Source: Nitrosopumilus maritimus SCM1 (GTDB taxonomy: Archaea; Thermoproteota; Nitrososphaeria; Nitrososphaerales; Nitrosopumilaceae). Taken from it: a stretch of 32,000 nucleotides of DNA. Positions 1-10,669 of this stretch are shown here, in pieces (the first letter of the stretch is position 1; every line of letters starts with the position of its first letter). The stretch is from contig NC_010085.1 in NCBI RefSeq assembly GCF_000018465.1, positions 330,001-362,000 of the forward strand, read 5' to 3'. The position numbers were made by a program, and so were the translations under genes. Below the pieces are notes generated by a model, which saw only the letters and a list, made by a program, of their open reading frames with translations, did no database searches and was not told the origin of the DNA.

Positions 1-105
1 TATTGCTGACATGTATAATGATACGCGTCTTTCTAATTTGATTGGTTTTGTGGTTTCTTGTGATTTGAAAATTATCCTATTAATTTAAATTTCTAATTCA
101 CGTAA

Positions 106-759
106 TTATGTACACAATTTTTTTGCTCTTTTGAAAACTGCATGCCAATCTTTCCAAAGTAGTCTTCCTGTCTGTGTGTTTTGCTTTGATGGATGATATG
201 ATGTAATAACTTGCATTTCATTATATTTGAACACTTGATTATGCCCAAATTTTCCTGGCTTTACATCTAACAGCTTACAGGTTGCATCATATGCAATTTT
301 TCCTAGACACAGGATTGTTGTAACATTATTTAGAATTTGGAGCTCTTGCTCTAGGAATGAAAAGCAATTTTGCATCTCTTCTTTAGTTGGCTTGTTTTGA
401 GGTGGGGCACATCTTACTGCAGCTGTAATGTAGGCATTGTTTAGTGTTAGTCCGTCATCACTGGTTTGACTAGTTGGAATATTTGCAAATCCTGTCTTAT
501 GCATTACTTTGGCAAGCCAGTCTCCTGAAGAATCTCCCGTAAACATCCTGCCTGTTCTGTTTCCGCCATGAGCTGCAGGAGCTAATCCTACAATGAGTAA
601 TTTAGCATTGATGTCCCCAAATCCTGATAGAGGTCTACCATAGTATGTTTCATCTTTAAATCGCCTAACTTTGTTTTTGGCAACATCTCTAATGTATGCC
701 GATAATCTTGTACATCTTTGACATGATTTTATTTTTTTATTGAGAGTTTCTATTTTCAT
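106..759 (-). CDS. Uracil-DNA glycosylase, family 5 (UDGb)-like
   Basis: 217-aa ORF with motif GLAPAAHGGNRTGRMFTGD, SYHPS near the C-terminus, and Cys residues (CQRC...C...C) consistent with a 4Fe-4S cluster. Confidence 0.9.
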   Translation of the reverse strand: MKIETLNKKIKSCQRCTRLSAYIRDVAKNKVRRFKDETYYGRPLSGFGDINAKLLIVGLAPAAHGGNRTGRMFTGDSSGDWLAKVMHKTGFANIPTSQTSDDGLTLNNAYITAAVRCAPPQNKPTKEEMQNCFSFLEQELQILNNVTTILCLGKIAYDATCKLLDVKPGKFGHNQVFKYNEMQVITSYHPSKQNTQTGRLLWKDWHAVFKRAKKLCT

Positions 760-771
760 TTTTTTTGAATT

Positions 772-3639
772 TTATTCAATTAGTATTGCTGGTTTGAAAG
801 GCCTTGCATGTCTAGCTTTTCCTTTAGGATCATAAATGTTAGAATCACTTTCTGAATAAACTTCAATATCTACTCCAAACTCTTTTTGTCCCATACTTGC
901 AATTTCTGATTTTAGGAACTCTTTTTCATCAAAGCTTTCTGCTTCAAGCTTCATCTTTTTGATTTCCTCTGACTCTGAATGCAAATCCTTAATTGTTTTC
1001 TGTACAAAGTCTGGCATTTTCTTGGCATCTGTAGTATTTGGATCTGCAATGAGTTCTTTCATTACAACTCCCATGTTGTTTTGACCTCCCACCATAATGC
1101 TTAGCATCTTGCGATAGATTTTGGACTTTGTTTCATCTGAATTTACATAGATTACAATCTTTTTTGGAGTAATTTTTGTAACTTTGATAATGTTTGCAAT
1201 ATCGTCAATTGTATTCTTCAATAACTCTTCAGCTTGAATTGATGCAGCATCTACTTTGTCTGCTGAATATTCCGGCCACTGTGATTTTGAAACTAGTTCC
1301 GAGTTTCCAAGATTTTTCCACATCTCTTCGGCTACATGCGGTGCAAATGGAGACAACATTGCAACTCGAGATGAGTTGATTTGATGTAAAATTCCAGAAA
1401 CATCATCACGACCTTTAGCTGCAATTCTCTTTTGATACCAACTCAAATCAGTTTCAAATGTAAAGAGGATATCGTGTAGTGCTTCACGTAATCTCATCTT
1501 CTCAACTGCTTCTGTAATTTCTGCAATCTTGCTCTGAGTTTTGGAGAGAATCCACCTGTCTTCAGCCTGCAACTCACCAATTTCGCTTGTTTTGAGGCTA
1601 GAACATGCCTCTAAAAGCGATTCAAGCTTGCTTTGAATACCTGAAACTGATTCCATGTTAAAATCAGCATCTTGGAGCAATTCAGCTGATGAAATTATAG
1701 CTAATCTGATTGGGTCTGCACCATGATCTTTGATTGCAGCTCGTAATGGAATGATGTTTCCCATACTCTTTGACATTTTAGCTCCATCCATCATTACACT
1801 ACCATTAACAACAATCTCTTGTGGCCACAAATTCTTTTCAAATATTGCAACATGATTTAAAACAAAAAATGACAAGTGATTCTGAACCAAATCACGACCT
1901 GAATGTCTTGAATCAACTGGATAAAAATATGTAAATTCTTTTTTCATTGTATTGATTATGTCTTCAGAAAGTTTTGATGTGCTTGTAGCCAGTGAAACAT
2001 CTCCTTTATCTAACAACAGATAATCAAATAATTCCTTAGTAAGATTCTCTGGCTGTACTGTTCCATCATTTACAAATCTAGACAATGTATAATATGCCAT
2101 GTAGATTACAGAGTCCGAAAGGGATTCAACAATCCAATCATTATCCCATGGAAGTTTAGTACCTAATCCCTGTTGTCTTGCACAAGCTCGTTCATGCAAC
2201 CAATCAATTACTTCAACAAACTCTGTCTTGATGTTGTTAGGTAGAATATTCATCTCATCAAGACAATTGCGAGCCAATTCTTTCCATTCTTCATCACCGT
2301 AATTCAAGAACCATTGATTGTTCAATACTTTAACAACACATTCAGCTCCACAACGACATCTAACTGGCGCATTCTCTAATACTGGGAATTTTTCTAAATG
2401 ATTATTTTCTTGCAGCCAAGCTCTAATCTTGTCTCGTCCAAACTGTACTTTTTCTCCATCAAACTGTAAACATTTGTCGTTGAGTTTTCCGTCAGTGAAT
2501 TCTTTAAGATACAATTCCTTGGTGGCTTCTTCTAACTTGTCATCAGACTGGTCAGAGACTCCCATCTTTTCACAAATCTCTTTTGCAGGAATGGAACCGT
2601 ATCCTTCTGTAACTATTATCGGAATAGGCTCTAATTTTGAGGCTAGTTCGTGATTTTTGGCCTTCAAATCCATTAGTGCTTGATAGTCTTTAGGTGCATG
2701 TGCCGGCACGGACATTACCAATCCTGTACCCATGCTAGGCTCTACAAATTCAGCAGGCAATACTGGAATCTCTCGTCCATCATGATTAGTTGCAGTTTTG
2801 CCAATAATCTCGGAACCTGGAATTTCACCTGTAATCTCTACTTTTTTCTCAAAGAACGAAATCTTTTTTGCACATTCTTCAGACACAATCCACTCTTCTC
2901 CATCAACTGAAACTTTTTTGTAAACAGTGTTTGGATTGACCCAAAGATTCGTAATGCCAAAGATTGTTTCAGGACGTAATGTTGTAATTGGAAATATTGA
3001 ATCACCCAACTTGAATTTAATCAAGAAATTCTTATCATCAATTTTTGGTTCAACATCACCCATTGTATCGTGTTGTGATACTGGGTTTTGATCAACGGGA
3101 CACCACCCAACTGGATGACTACCTTGAATGATTCTACCCTTTTCTTTGAGTGTTGTAATCTGCCATTCAATGAACTTTTGATAACCTGGAACTATCGTGG
3201 TAAATTCTCGTCTCCAATCAATAGAGTAACCCATCTCAATCATTCCAGATTTAATCTCTTCATGGAAATAATCTGCAATCTTTATTGGTTCAACAAATGT
3301 TTTGATTGCATCTTCAGGAACATGGTAAATATTTCGTAAACCGTCTAGAATTTCTTTCTCCCCAGCTTCAATTCTCTTTGCCATACCAAGTACTGGAGTT
3401 CCAGTGTAATGGAATCCCATTGGGAACAACACATTGTATCCTTTCATCCTGTAAAATCTTGCATGAACATCAGCTAGTGTGTAAGTTCTTCCATGTCCAA
3501 TGTGTTGTGGTGAGTTTGGATATGGATAAGCTACTGTAATGAATTTTTTTGGCTTGTCATTTGGATTTGTTTCAAAGTCTTTGTTTTCTTGCCACTTGTT
3601 TCTCCACTTTGTTTCAATATCAGTCCAGTTAATCGTCAT
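772..3639 (-). CDS. leuS: Leucyl-tRNA synthetase (archaeal type)
   Basis: 955-aa ORF; class I HIGH-like PQHIGHGRTYTLAD and KMSKS in GAKMSKSMGN; editing-domain motif TTLRPETIFGITNLWVNP. Confidence 0.97.
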   Translation of the reverse strand: MTINWTDIETKWRNKWQENKDFETNPNDKPKKFITVAYPYPNSPQHIGHGRTYTLADVHARFYRMKGYNVLFPMGFHYTGTPVLGMAKRIEAGEKEILDGLRNIYHVPEDAIKTFVEPIKIADYFHEEIKSGMIEMGYSIDWRREFTTIVPGYQKFIEWQITTLKEKGRIIQGSHPVGWCPVDQNPVSQHDTMGDVEPKIDDKNFLIKFKLGDSIFPITTLRPETIFGITNLWVNPNTVYKKVSVDGEEWIVSEECAKKISFFEKKVEITGEIPGSEIIGKTATNHDGREIPVLPAEFVEPSMGTGLVMSVPAHAPKDYQALMDLKAKNHELASKLEPIPIIVTEGYGSIPAKEICEKMGVSDQSDDKLEEATKELYLKEFTDGKLNDKCLQFDGEKVQFGRDKIRAWLQENNHLEKFPVLENAPVRCRCGAECVVKVLNNQWFLNYGDEEWKELARNCLDEMNILPNNIKTEFVEVIDWLHERACARQQGLGTKLPWDNDWIVESLSDSVIYMAYYTLSRFVNDGTVQPENLTKELFDYLLLDKGDVSLATSTSKLSEDIINTMKKEFTYFYPVDSRHSGRDLVQNHLSFFVLNHVAIFEKNLWPQEIVVNGSVMMDGAKMSKSMGNIIPLRAAIKDHGADPIRLAIISSAELLQDADFNMESVSGIQSKLESLLEACSSLKTSEIGELQAEDRWILSKTQSKIAEITEAVEKMRLREALHDILFTFETDLSWYQKRIAAKGRDDVSGILHQINSSRVAMLSPFAPHVAEEMWKNLGNSELVSKSQWPEYSADKVDAASIQAEELLKNTIDDIANIIKVTKITPKKIVIYVNSDETKSKIYRKMLSIMVGGQNNMGVVMKELIADPNTTDAKKMPDFVQKTIKDLHSESEEIKKMKLEAESFDEKEFLKSEIASMGQKEFGVDIEVYSESDSNIYDPKGKARHARPFKPAILIE

Positions 3640-3645
3640 TGTTTC

Positions 3646-6315
3646 TTACCCTAAAATCATAGATTTTGCTTTGGATATTGCCTCGTCTTTTTTAGATGTG
3701 TCTTTTCCTCCTCCTTGAGCAAATTTGGCATCTCCTCCACCAGAACCTCCCAAAATTGAGGCTATTTTCTTGGCAATTTCGCCTGCATTTACGCCTGATT
3801 GCTCTCCTGAGAACACCATGACTCGAATTGTAGGACCTGCTTCGAAAACCCCACAAAATGCAGCAGTACTATCTTTGCCTACTAGCTTCTTTCCAAAGTT
3901 TTGATGAAAATAATCGTCATAATCTGAACTTGCTGTAAAACACAATTTTCCTTTGGTATTGATTCCATCAGATTCTACATCTTCTCCAGCAAGAACTTTT
4001 TCCAATAGAACTGGAATTTTTTCTCTAGCTTTAGATTTGTTTTCCTCTCTTTGTTTTTCTAATTGCTCTTTTGCAACTGCCTCTTCAGCTTTGCGTTTTG
4101 ATTCTTGTTCTTGTTGTTTTTCATATTCAAATGCATTAGGACCTGATACAAATTCTAAACGAACTACACCATCTTGAATACGTTTAGTCTTTGTAATTTT
4201 AATTAGTTCAATGTCTCCAGTTTTTTTGACATGTGTCCCACCACAAGCTTCAATATCTTTATCCTCAATTGATACAATCCTTACAGACTTTACTGGAACA
4301 ACACCTCCCTGGTAAATTCTAAATCCGTACTTTTGTTCTGCTGTTCCTCTATCATAATAATTGATTTTTACTGGATAGTTTTTCTTTATCATGTCATTTG
4401 CCTCATCTTCAATTTTTTGCACTTCGTCATTACTTAGAGAAGAGTGATGTGTAATATCTAATCTGGCATGATCATCGTCTTTAAAAGCTGAATGCTGCCA
4501 AATCCATGAACCCAATACTTTACGTGATGATGCATTGATGATGTGTGTACTAGTGTGATTCTTTGTAATGTTGGACCGTCTTGTCTCATCAACTTTACAT
4601 GAAACAGTTTCTCCTTCTTTTGGAACTCCACCTTCTAACTGATGAACAATAATGTCTGCATGTTTATCGACATTAATCACTTTGAATCCTGCAATACTGC
4701 CAAAGTCAGGCTCTTGACCTCCACCTCGTGCATAGAATGAGGTTCTATCAAGTACTATCATATCATCAATCACTTTGAGAACCTTGGCTGAAAACTCCAT
4801 TGGGTCATCTTGGTAGAATAGAGTTTCAGTTTCTGGTAATCCTTCTAGTGGGAGTTCTGCAATTGCCTTTTTCTTGTCTGATTGGTGTAAATCAGATAGT
4901 TTTGAGTAAAATGATGATGGAATTTCTGAAATTGCATCCACTTCTTTAAGATATTCAGGTGTAATACCATCAGATTCGTAGTATGTGATTAATTCATCAA
5001 CTGATGGTGCTCCTTTCTCTTTGATCTTGTCTGCTTTTTTCTTCATGTGAACTTTGGACTCTTCATATCTTGCAGATTCTAGCTTGAGAATAGATTTCAC
5101 ATCATCGCGCTTTTCATCAAGTTCTGGATATGTGTCCTTGAGATAATCAACATGCAAATCAATCAAGTCATCAATGTTTAATTTCAAATTTAGTTTTGAT
5201 ATGGTTGCATTGATTCTTCGCAACATCATTCTCAAGTTGTATCCTCCACCTACATTACTTGGTAGAGCTCCATCAGTAATTGCAAAAATCAAAGTTCTTA
5301 GATGATCTGCAATTAGATACATTCCTTCTAGTGGTGTGATCATCTTTTGCATCTGCTCATCTGTAATTCCTGCATTCTTTACTGCAAGACGTCTTACTTG
5401 ATTGAGGTCATCGTAATGATCAATCTCTTTTGCAATTTCTGTAAAGTATTTTCTTAAAATTTCTGAATCCGAATCAATTCCAATTGTTCCAAACAGTTTC
5501 TCATTAATTGGACCAAAACAGCAATCATATGCAGTAGGTGTTCCCATGGTAATCCATGCAAATCTCTCAAGACCTGCACCCATATCGATTACCCTTTGGT
5601 CAAGGGTGGTATGTTTTCCTAATTCGCCTTGGAATTCAGTAAAGACTGCATTTCCAAGCTCTAATCCTTGCACAAAATATTCTAATGATGGACCAAATGA
5701 ACCCCCACCTGCCCATACATCTTCAACAAAGACTACTTCGTCTTTGTTAATTCCAAATTGTTCTGTTAGTAACCTATAATCCAAATCAACACATTCATCT
5801 TTCCAGTATCCACCCAAATCAGGAACACTGTGTTGTCCTATCATACAAAATGATGAAAAATGTCTTCCAGTTACACCCACATTCTCCAAATCCTTGAATC
5901 TTAAACATGTCTGTGGTACTACCAAAGGATTTGCAGGAAACTCAAAGACAACTTTGCTTCCCATTACTCTTTGAAAATCAACAACTGATGCAATTGTAAA
6001 GTACAAGTCATCACGCCAACGACAAACAACAGGATACCTGCTAACTGAAGTGTGATTATTTTTTACAAAAAACTCTTCAACTTGTTTCCATGATTGTGTA
6101 TAATCAAATCGCTTTGAAGTTGGTGGTTCTCCGATGAATGAATAAGTATCCAATCCGTCATCAGGACACAAGTCTCTGTCTGCATTTAGAGTCCAAAAAA
6201 ATCTGCCACATTTGGCACAAGACTTTCTGATAAATCCCTGTTCTTGGAATAGTTTGACATTATAATATTTGTCAGGATCTGCTGAAAATTCTTTTAGAAT
6301 CTCTTTTTTGTCCAA
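3646..6315 (-). CDS. alaS: Alanyl-tRNA synthetase (archaeal type)
   Basis: 889-aa ORF; class II catalytic motifs, GAGLERFAWITMGTPTAYD, editing HxxxH (NHTSTHIINA) and CxxxH (CGGTHV). Confidence 0.97.
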   Translation of the reverse strand: MDKKEILKEFSADPDKYYNVKLFQEQGFIRKSCAKCGRFFWTLNADRDLCPDDGLDTYSFIGEPPTSKRFDYTQSWKQVEEFFVKNNHTSVSRYPVVCRWRDDLYFTIASVVDFQRVMGSKVVFEFPANPLVVPQTCLRFKDLENVGVTGRHFSSFCMIGQHSVPDLGGYWKDECVDLDYRLLTEQFGINKDEVVFVEDVWAGGGSFGPSLEYFVQGLELGNAVFTEFQGELGKHTTLDQRVIDMGAGLERFAWITMGTPTAYDCCFGPINEKLFGTIGIDSDSEILRKYFTEIAKEIDHYDDLNQVRRLAVKNAGITDEQMQKMITPLEGMYLIADHLRTLIFAITDGALPSNVGGGYNLRMMLRRINATISKLNLKLNIDDLIDLHVDYLKDTYPELDEKRDDVKSILKLESARYEESKVHMKKKADKIKEKGAPSVDELITYYESDGITPEYLKEVDAISEIPSSFYSKLSDLHQSDKKKAIAELPLEGLPETETLFYQDDPMEFSAKVLKVIDDMIVLDRTSFYARGGGQEPDFGSIAGFKVINVDKHADIIVHQLEGGVPKEGETVSCKVDETRRSNITKNHTSTHIINASSRKVLGSWIWQHSAFKDDDHARLDITHHSSLSNDEVQKIEDEANDMIKKNYPVKINYYDRGTAEQKYGFRIYQGGVVPVKSVRIVSIEDKDIEACGGTHVKKTGDIELIKITKTKRIQDGVVRLEFVSGPNAFEYEKQQEQESKRKAEEAVAKEQLEKQREENKSKAREKIPVLLEKVLAGEDVESDGINTKGKLCFTASSDYDDYFHQNFGKKLVGKDSTAAFCGVFEAGPTIRVMVFSGEQSGVNAGEIAKKIASILGGSGGGDAKFAQGGGKDTSKKDEAISKAKSMILG

Positions 6316-6403
6316 CGTTGATGCCTGCCATATTCCAATATTAAGAACTGTCGATTAATACTCATCTCTATATTTTAAAATGGAATGAATGAAAAATAAT
6401 CAT

Positions 6404-7354
6404 ATGAAAGCCACATCCTTTGATGGAAATAAAATGATCTATGATGAAAATTACCCAGACCCAAAACCTGGTGAGTCTTTGGTACGAGTTAGTCTTGCTG
6501 GAATCTGTGGAACTGATTTGGAGATTCTAGATGGGTATATGGCATACAATGGTGTATTGGGTCATGAATTTGTTGGTGTGGTAGAAAAATCAAAAAATTC
6601 TGATTTGCTTGGAAAGAGAGTTGTGGGTGAAATTAATGCTGGATGTAATAGGTGTGATTCTTGCAAAAAGGGGTTACAAAGACACTGTCCTAATAGAACT
6701 GTTTTAGGTATTTTGAAAAGAGATGGAGCATTTGCTGAATTTTTGTCATTGCCTGAAGAGAATCTACATGTGATTCCCGATTCAATTTCAGATGAACAAG
6801 CAGTATTTGTAGAACCATTAGCTGCTGCATTTGAAATCAAAGAACAAGTGTCATTAAATCCTGATTGGAAAGTTGCAGTTGTGGGTGATGGGAGATTGGC
6901 ACAGATGATCTGTCAAGTCTTAAAATTATCTTGTCCTAATGTTACTTGTTTTGGAAGACATGAAACCAAACTGTCACATTTGGAAAAATTTAAGATTCAA
7001 ACTAAAATTGGAATCATTGACTCTGATTTACAATCATATGATTTGGTAGTAGAAGCTACTGGAAGTAATTCTGGGTTTGCAGACACTATGAAACTAGTCA
7101 AACCACGTGGGACTGTAATACTAAAATCAACAATTGCATCACGAGAAAATCTTGATTTGACTCCAACTGTAGTAAATGAGATTACTTTGATTGGTTCTCG
7201 TTGTGGATTATTCAAACCTGCAATTGATGCCCTTGCAACTGGAATTGTATCCGTTGACTCTATGGTGTATTCTACTTTTCCATTAGAGAAATTCTCTGAT
7301 GCTATACAACATGCAAAAAAACCAGACACACTCAAAGTATTCTTAAAACCATAA
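6404..7354 (+). CDS. Zinc-dependent medium-chain dehydrogenase/reductase (alcohol dehydrogenase-like)
   Basis: ORF 6389..7354; GTDLEILDG, GHEFVG, structural-zinc Cys cluster CNRCDSCKKGLQRHC, Rossmann VAVVGDGRLAQ. The start is probably MKATSFDG at 6404, five codons inside the provided ORF. Confidence 0.85.
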   Translation: MKATSFDGNKMIYDENYPDPKPGESLVRVSLAGICGTDLEILDGYMAYNGVLGHEFVGVVEKSKNSDLLGKRVVGEINAGCNRCDSCKKGLQRHCPNRTVLGILKRDGAFAEFLSLPEENLHVIPDSISDEQAVFVEPLAAAFEIKEQVSLNPDWKVAVVGDGRLAQMICQVLKLSCPNVTCFGRHETKLSHLEKFKIQTKIGIIDSDLQSYDLVVEATGSNSGFADTMKLVKPRGTVILKSTIASRENLDLTPTVVNEITLIGSRCGLFKPAIDALATGIVSVDSMVYSTFPLEKFSDAIQHAKKPDTLKVFLKP

Positions 7355-7400
7355 CTGGAATTAGGCATTCATTAAATATAGAAAAATGTGATTATCTCTT

Positions 7401-7793
7401 ATGATGGGAGAATTTTCACTTGATGATGTCCGAAAAAGAATGGATAACGTTTTGTTAGACTCTGAGATTAGATTTTGCGGATTAATTGATCCTAAAGGTG
7501 AATTGATTGCAGGTGGATTTGCTAGTAATATAGTTCCAATGTTAAATGATAAACAAAGACAGCATCTGTATCAAGAACTAGCACACAGAGTTGCAAATAG
7601 ACAAGGATTTGATGCAGATCTTGGCAGGGTAAAATATTCTGCATCAAGAAGAGAAAATGCAGTCATGTTGAGTTTTCCCTTTGGAAAATATATTGTACTG
7701 GTAATGGCAAATCCTGGCATAAACATAGACCGATTTGCCTGGGATATTCTAAACAAATTAGGTCGTGATTGGTCTGAATTTGATAGTCTTTAA
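7401..7793 (+). CDS. Small conserved protein of the DUF6659 / roadblock-profilin-like type
   Basis: 130-aa ORF; FCGLIDPKGELIAGG ... SFPFGKYIVLVMAN resembles small thaumarchaeal DUF6659 proteins recalled from family knowledge; not searched. Confidence 0.6.
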   Translation: MMGEFSLDDVRKRMDNVLLDSEIRFCGLIDPKGELIAGGFASNIVPMLNDKQRQHLYQELAHRVANRQGFDADLGRVKYSASRRENAVMLSFPFGKYIVLVMANPGINIDRFAWDILNKLGRDWSEFDSL

Positions 7794-9022
7794 TTTTGAG
7801 AAATTGTTCCTCTTTCAATTAGATATGAATGAGCATTAATTGATTCTTCCTTTGAAATTTCTCCTTTCATGTACCATTCTGAGATGTTTTGTACCCATGA
7901 ATTGTTTTCATAGTTATACAATGGAGAAATTCTCAAAATTTTATCATCGTAGAGATTTGGATTGCCTCTTCCATCTTGATTACTTGTCATAAAGTATAAT
8001 CCATCCGGACCATTTGCAACATCTCTAATTCTTCCAAACTCTCCTGAAAATAATTCTCCGTGAAATAACACATTGTAACTCTCATCAAATTCTATGACGT
8101 GAATATGTTGTCCTTTAAGTGCTGCAACAAAATATTTTCCATCAAACATTGGCATGTCGTCTCCATAGTAAAATGTAGAACCTGAAGGAGCCCAAGTATC
8201 ATCACCTGAATGCAAAATTGGATTTGTTGCACCTTCTAATGTTTCATCACCAATAACATCTGGCCATCCATAGTTTGCACCTGATACTATCCAATTGATT
8301 TCATCATGTGCAACTCCACGCCATCCAGAAGGTCCATGTTCTGTTGCAATTAAATTTCCAGACTTGTCCCATGCAATTCCTTGCGGATTACGATGTCCAA
8401 TGGAGTAGATTGCTGAACCAAACGGATTATCTTCAGGAATTGTTCCATCTGACTTGATTCTCAAGATTTTTCCTGCAACTGAATTCAAGTTTTGTGAAAG
8501 TTCTGGTTCTACTGCATCCCCTGTTGTAACATACAACATTTCATCTGGTCCGAATTTTATTCGACCACCATCGTGATACGGTGCACCAGGAATATCTTCA
8601 AGCAAAATTTTCTCATGATTTAGTTTGTTGTCTGATTCAACATATTGTACTAATCTGTTCTTGATTCCAAGTAGTTCATTATACGTATAGTACACATAGA
8701 CGTAGTGATTTTTCTCAAATTCTGGATCTAGTGCAATTCCTAGCATTCCGCCTTCTCCTCCTCCCACACCTCGAGACATGATCTGGCTTACTTGTCCATC
8801 TTCAATCACATTTACTGTACCTGGTCTTTCTGTAAAGAAAATTCGTCCATCTTGTGCAAAGTCAATTCCCCATGGAATTTTGAGGTTGTCTGCAATCACA
8901 TCAACTTTTACCCCAATCTCTGGAAAAGATTCTGCATATGCACTTGTACCTCCAAGTAAAATCATTATAGATACAACAAAGATGATGTTTCTCATACTGT
9001 GCTTATCTATCTTATCATACAT
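7790..9022 (-). CDS. Secreted PQQ-dependent glucose/sorbosone dehydrogenase-like beta-propeller
   Basis: N-terminal signal sequence (IIFVVSIMILLGGTSAYA); WGIDFAQDGRIFFTERPG, GGGEGGMLGIALDPEF, HDGGRIKFGPDEMLYVTTGD, GHRNPQGIAWD. Confidence 0.88.
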   Translation of the reverse strand: MYDKIDKHSMRNIIFVVSIMILLGGTSAYAESFPEIGVKVDVIADNLKIPWGIDFAQDGRIFFTERPGTVNVIEDGQVSQIMSRGVGGGEGGMLGIALDPEFEKNHYVYVYYTYNELLGIKNRLVQYVESDNKLNHEKILLEDIPGAPYHDGGRIKFGPDEMLYVTTGDAVEPELSQNLNSVAGKILRIKSDGTIPEDNPFGSAIYSIGHRNPQGIAWDKSGNLIATEHGPSGWRGVAHDEINWIVSGANYGWPDVIGDETLEGATNPILHSGDDTWAPSGSTFYYGDDMPMFDGKYFVAALKGQHIHVIEFDESYNVLFHGELFSGEFGRIRDVANGPDGLYFMTSNQDGRGNPNLYDDKILRISPLYNYENNSWVQNISEWYMKGEISKEESINAHSYLIERGTISQN

Positions 9023-9072
9023 TAAGAATTCATTTTAGTTATTTGCCAAATTATAACAGTCTGTGACTTTTA

Positions 9073-10590
9073 TCAATTTTCTAGATTCCTTGGTAACTTT
9101 ATTGTGAATGTGGTAGGGTCGTTTTTAACTGAAATAGTTCCTTTATGTTGATCTATGATGCTCTTACAGCTTGCGAGTCCAAGTCCAGTTCCTTCTTGCT
9201 TAGTAGTGTATAATGGTTCAAAGATTTTCTCTAGTGATTCTTCTGGTATTGGTTCACCTGTATTACTAATTTCTATTTTGATTAAATGATGTTCACGTCT
9301 TATCTCGATTTTTATTTTTCCAGTTTCAGGAGTTATTGCGTAGATTGCATTTGTTATAATGTTGATAACAACAATTTCGATTAGATGATAATCACATACT
9401 ATTTCGTCATCTGTTGTGGTTTTTTCAATTGTTATGTTTTCTGGAATCTTTATGCTGCCTTCTGCTGAATCAATTATTCTTGATACTGGTATCTTTGTTA
9501 GATTTAGAGGCTTTTGTTGTACATAATCAAGTACGTTGTTTACTTGATGGCTTATTCTCTGTATGGACTCAGTAATTGAGCCTGCATATTTTTGGAATTT
9601 CTCTGAAATATCTGGGTTATTACTTAGAATATCCGTAGTCATTTGGATAACTGATAGTGGATTTCGGATGTCATGTGCAAGACGTGATGCTAAATGTCCT
9701 ATTGTAGTAATCTTTTCAGTTTTTTGCATCTCTTCTAATTGCTCTATGATAATTTGTCCTCTCTCGCTTGATTTGTTAATGTACATTATTGTAAAAAATA
9801 CTGATACAAAGACTAGAACCAAAAATACTGGAACAACATAATCATAGATGAAAAATAATTGCTTTGTATCTAATGCTGATTGTAATTGCGTACTCTTTGA
9901 AAATTCTGAAGTTTCTGATTCACCTTGTTCAACTGAAATATATTCTCCATCTCTAATCACATACAGATCCCATGAAATTGTAAATTCTATAGTTTTACCT
10001 GTTACTGGTTCTATGCTAGTTATGCATGTTTGATCACCATACACAATTTCTGGTAAAAACCTTTCATATGCATGAGAAAAATCATCTCTCATACTTTGAC
10101 ATGAAAAATTGTAAAGCTCAACATCGTTTATCTCCTTTGTTCCTTCAAAAACAAACATAGCTGGGACCCCCATATTTGGGTGGAATAGAACATAATCTTG
10201 TTTTTGTACGTTTGGTGGAAATTTGAAATACCATTGGTTGTTATCTGCATGTTTTCTTGTGTTGACATCAACATAGTATGTATTTTCATTTTCACCTATT
10301 GTTTCACTTGTAATGACGTTTGTGACAACGTAAGATGATTCTATTTCCAGGATGTTTCCATTTTGATTTACAATTTTATCTTCTGAAAAATCATTTGAGA
10401 TAACTGGTTTTGATAATTCTCTTCCTATTTCTCCTGCATATCTAACTTCTCCAATATATTGCTGAACATTCTCAAATGTTGCAGGACTATTTTTCAGTAT
10501 TTGTGTTGCAACTAATACCCAACTTCCAATAACTATAATTGCAATAATGGAAAATATGATCAAACCCCATGGGTTTTTGGCCTTTTTCAT
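9073..10590 (-). CDS. Membrane sensor histidine kinase
   Basis: 505-aa ORF; two TM segments flank an extracytoplasmic region; HisKA H-box RLAHDIRNPLSVIQ; HATPase N/G boxes NIITNAIYAI and TKQEGTGLGL. Confidence 0.92.
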   Translation of the reverse strand: MKKAKNPWGLIIFSIIAIIVIGSWVLVATQILKNSPATFENVQQYIGEVRYAGEIGRELSKPVISNDFSEDKIVNQNGNILEIESSYVVTNVITSETIGENENTYYVDVNTRKHADNNQWYFKFPPNVQKQDYVLFHPNMGVPAMFVFEGTKEINDVELYNFSCQSMRDDFSHAYERFLPEIVYGDQTCITSIEPVTGKTIEFTISWDLYVIRDGEYISVEQGESETSEFSKSTQLQSALDTKQLFFIYDYVVPVFLVLVFVSVFFTIMYINKSSERGQIIIEQLEEMQKTEKITTIGHLASRLAHDIRNPLSVIQMTTDILSNNPDISEKFQKYAGSITESIQRISHQVNNVLDYVQQKPLNLTKIPVSRIIDSAEGSIKIPENITIEKTTTDDEIVCDYHLIEIVVINIITNAIYAITPETGKIKIEIRREHHLIKIEISNTGEPIPEESLEKIFEPLYTTKQEGTGLGLASCKSIIDQHKGTISVKNDPTTFTIKLPRNLEN

Positions 10591-10669
10591 CTACACTATC
10601 TTTTTTTTAAACCGTATAAATTGAATCCTTTTTGATACCCATAAATACAGAACATGACACAATGTATGC

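Noticed and set aside
1194-3539. Several forward small ORFs (1194..1379, 2429..2653, 2680..2910, 3088..3339, 3306..3539)
   Set aside because: All lie antisense to the well-supported leuS and have no family resemblance.
3953-5779. Forward ORFs 3953..4177 and 5546..5779
   Set aside because: Antisense to alaS; low-complexity reverse-complement products.
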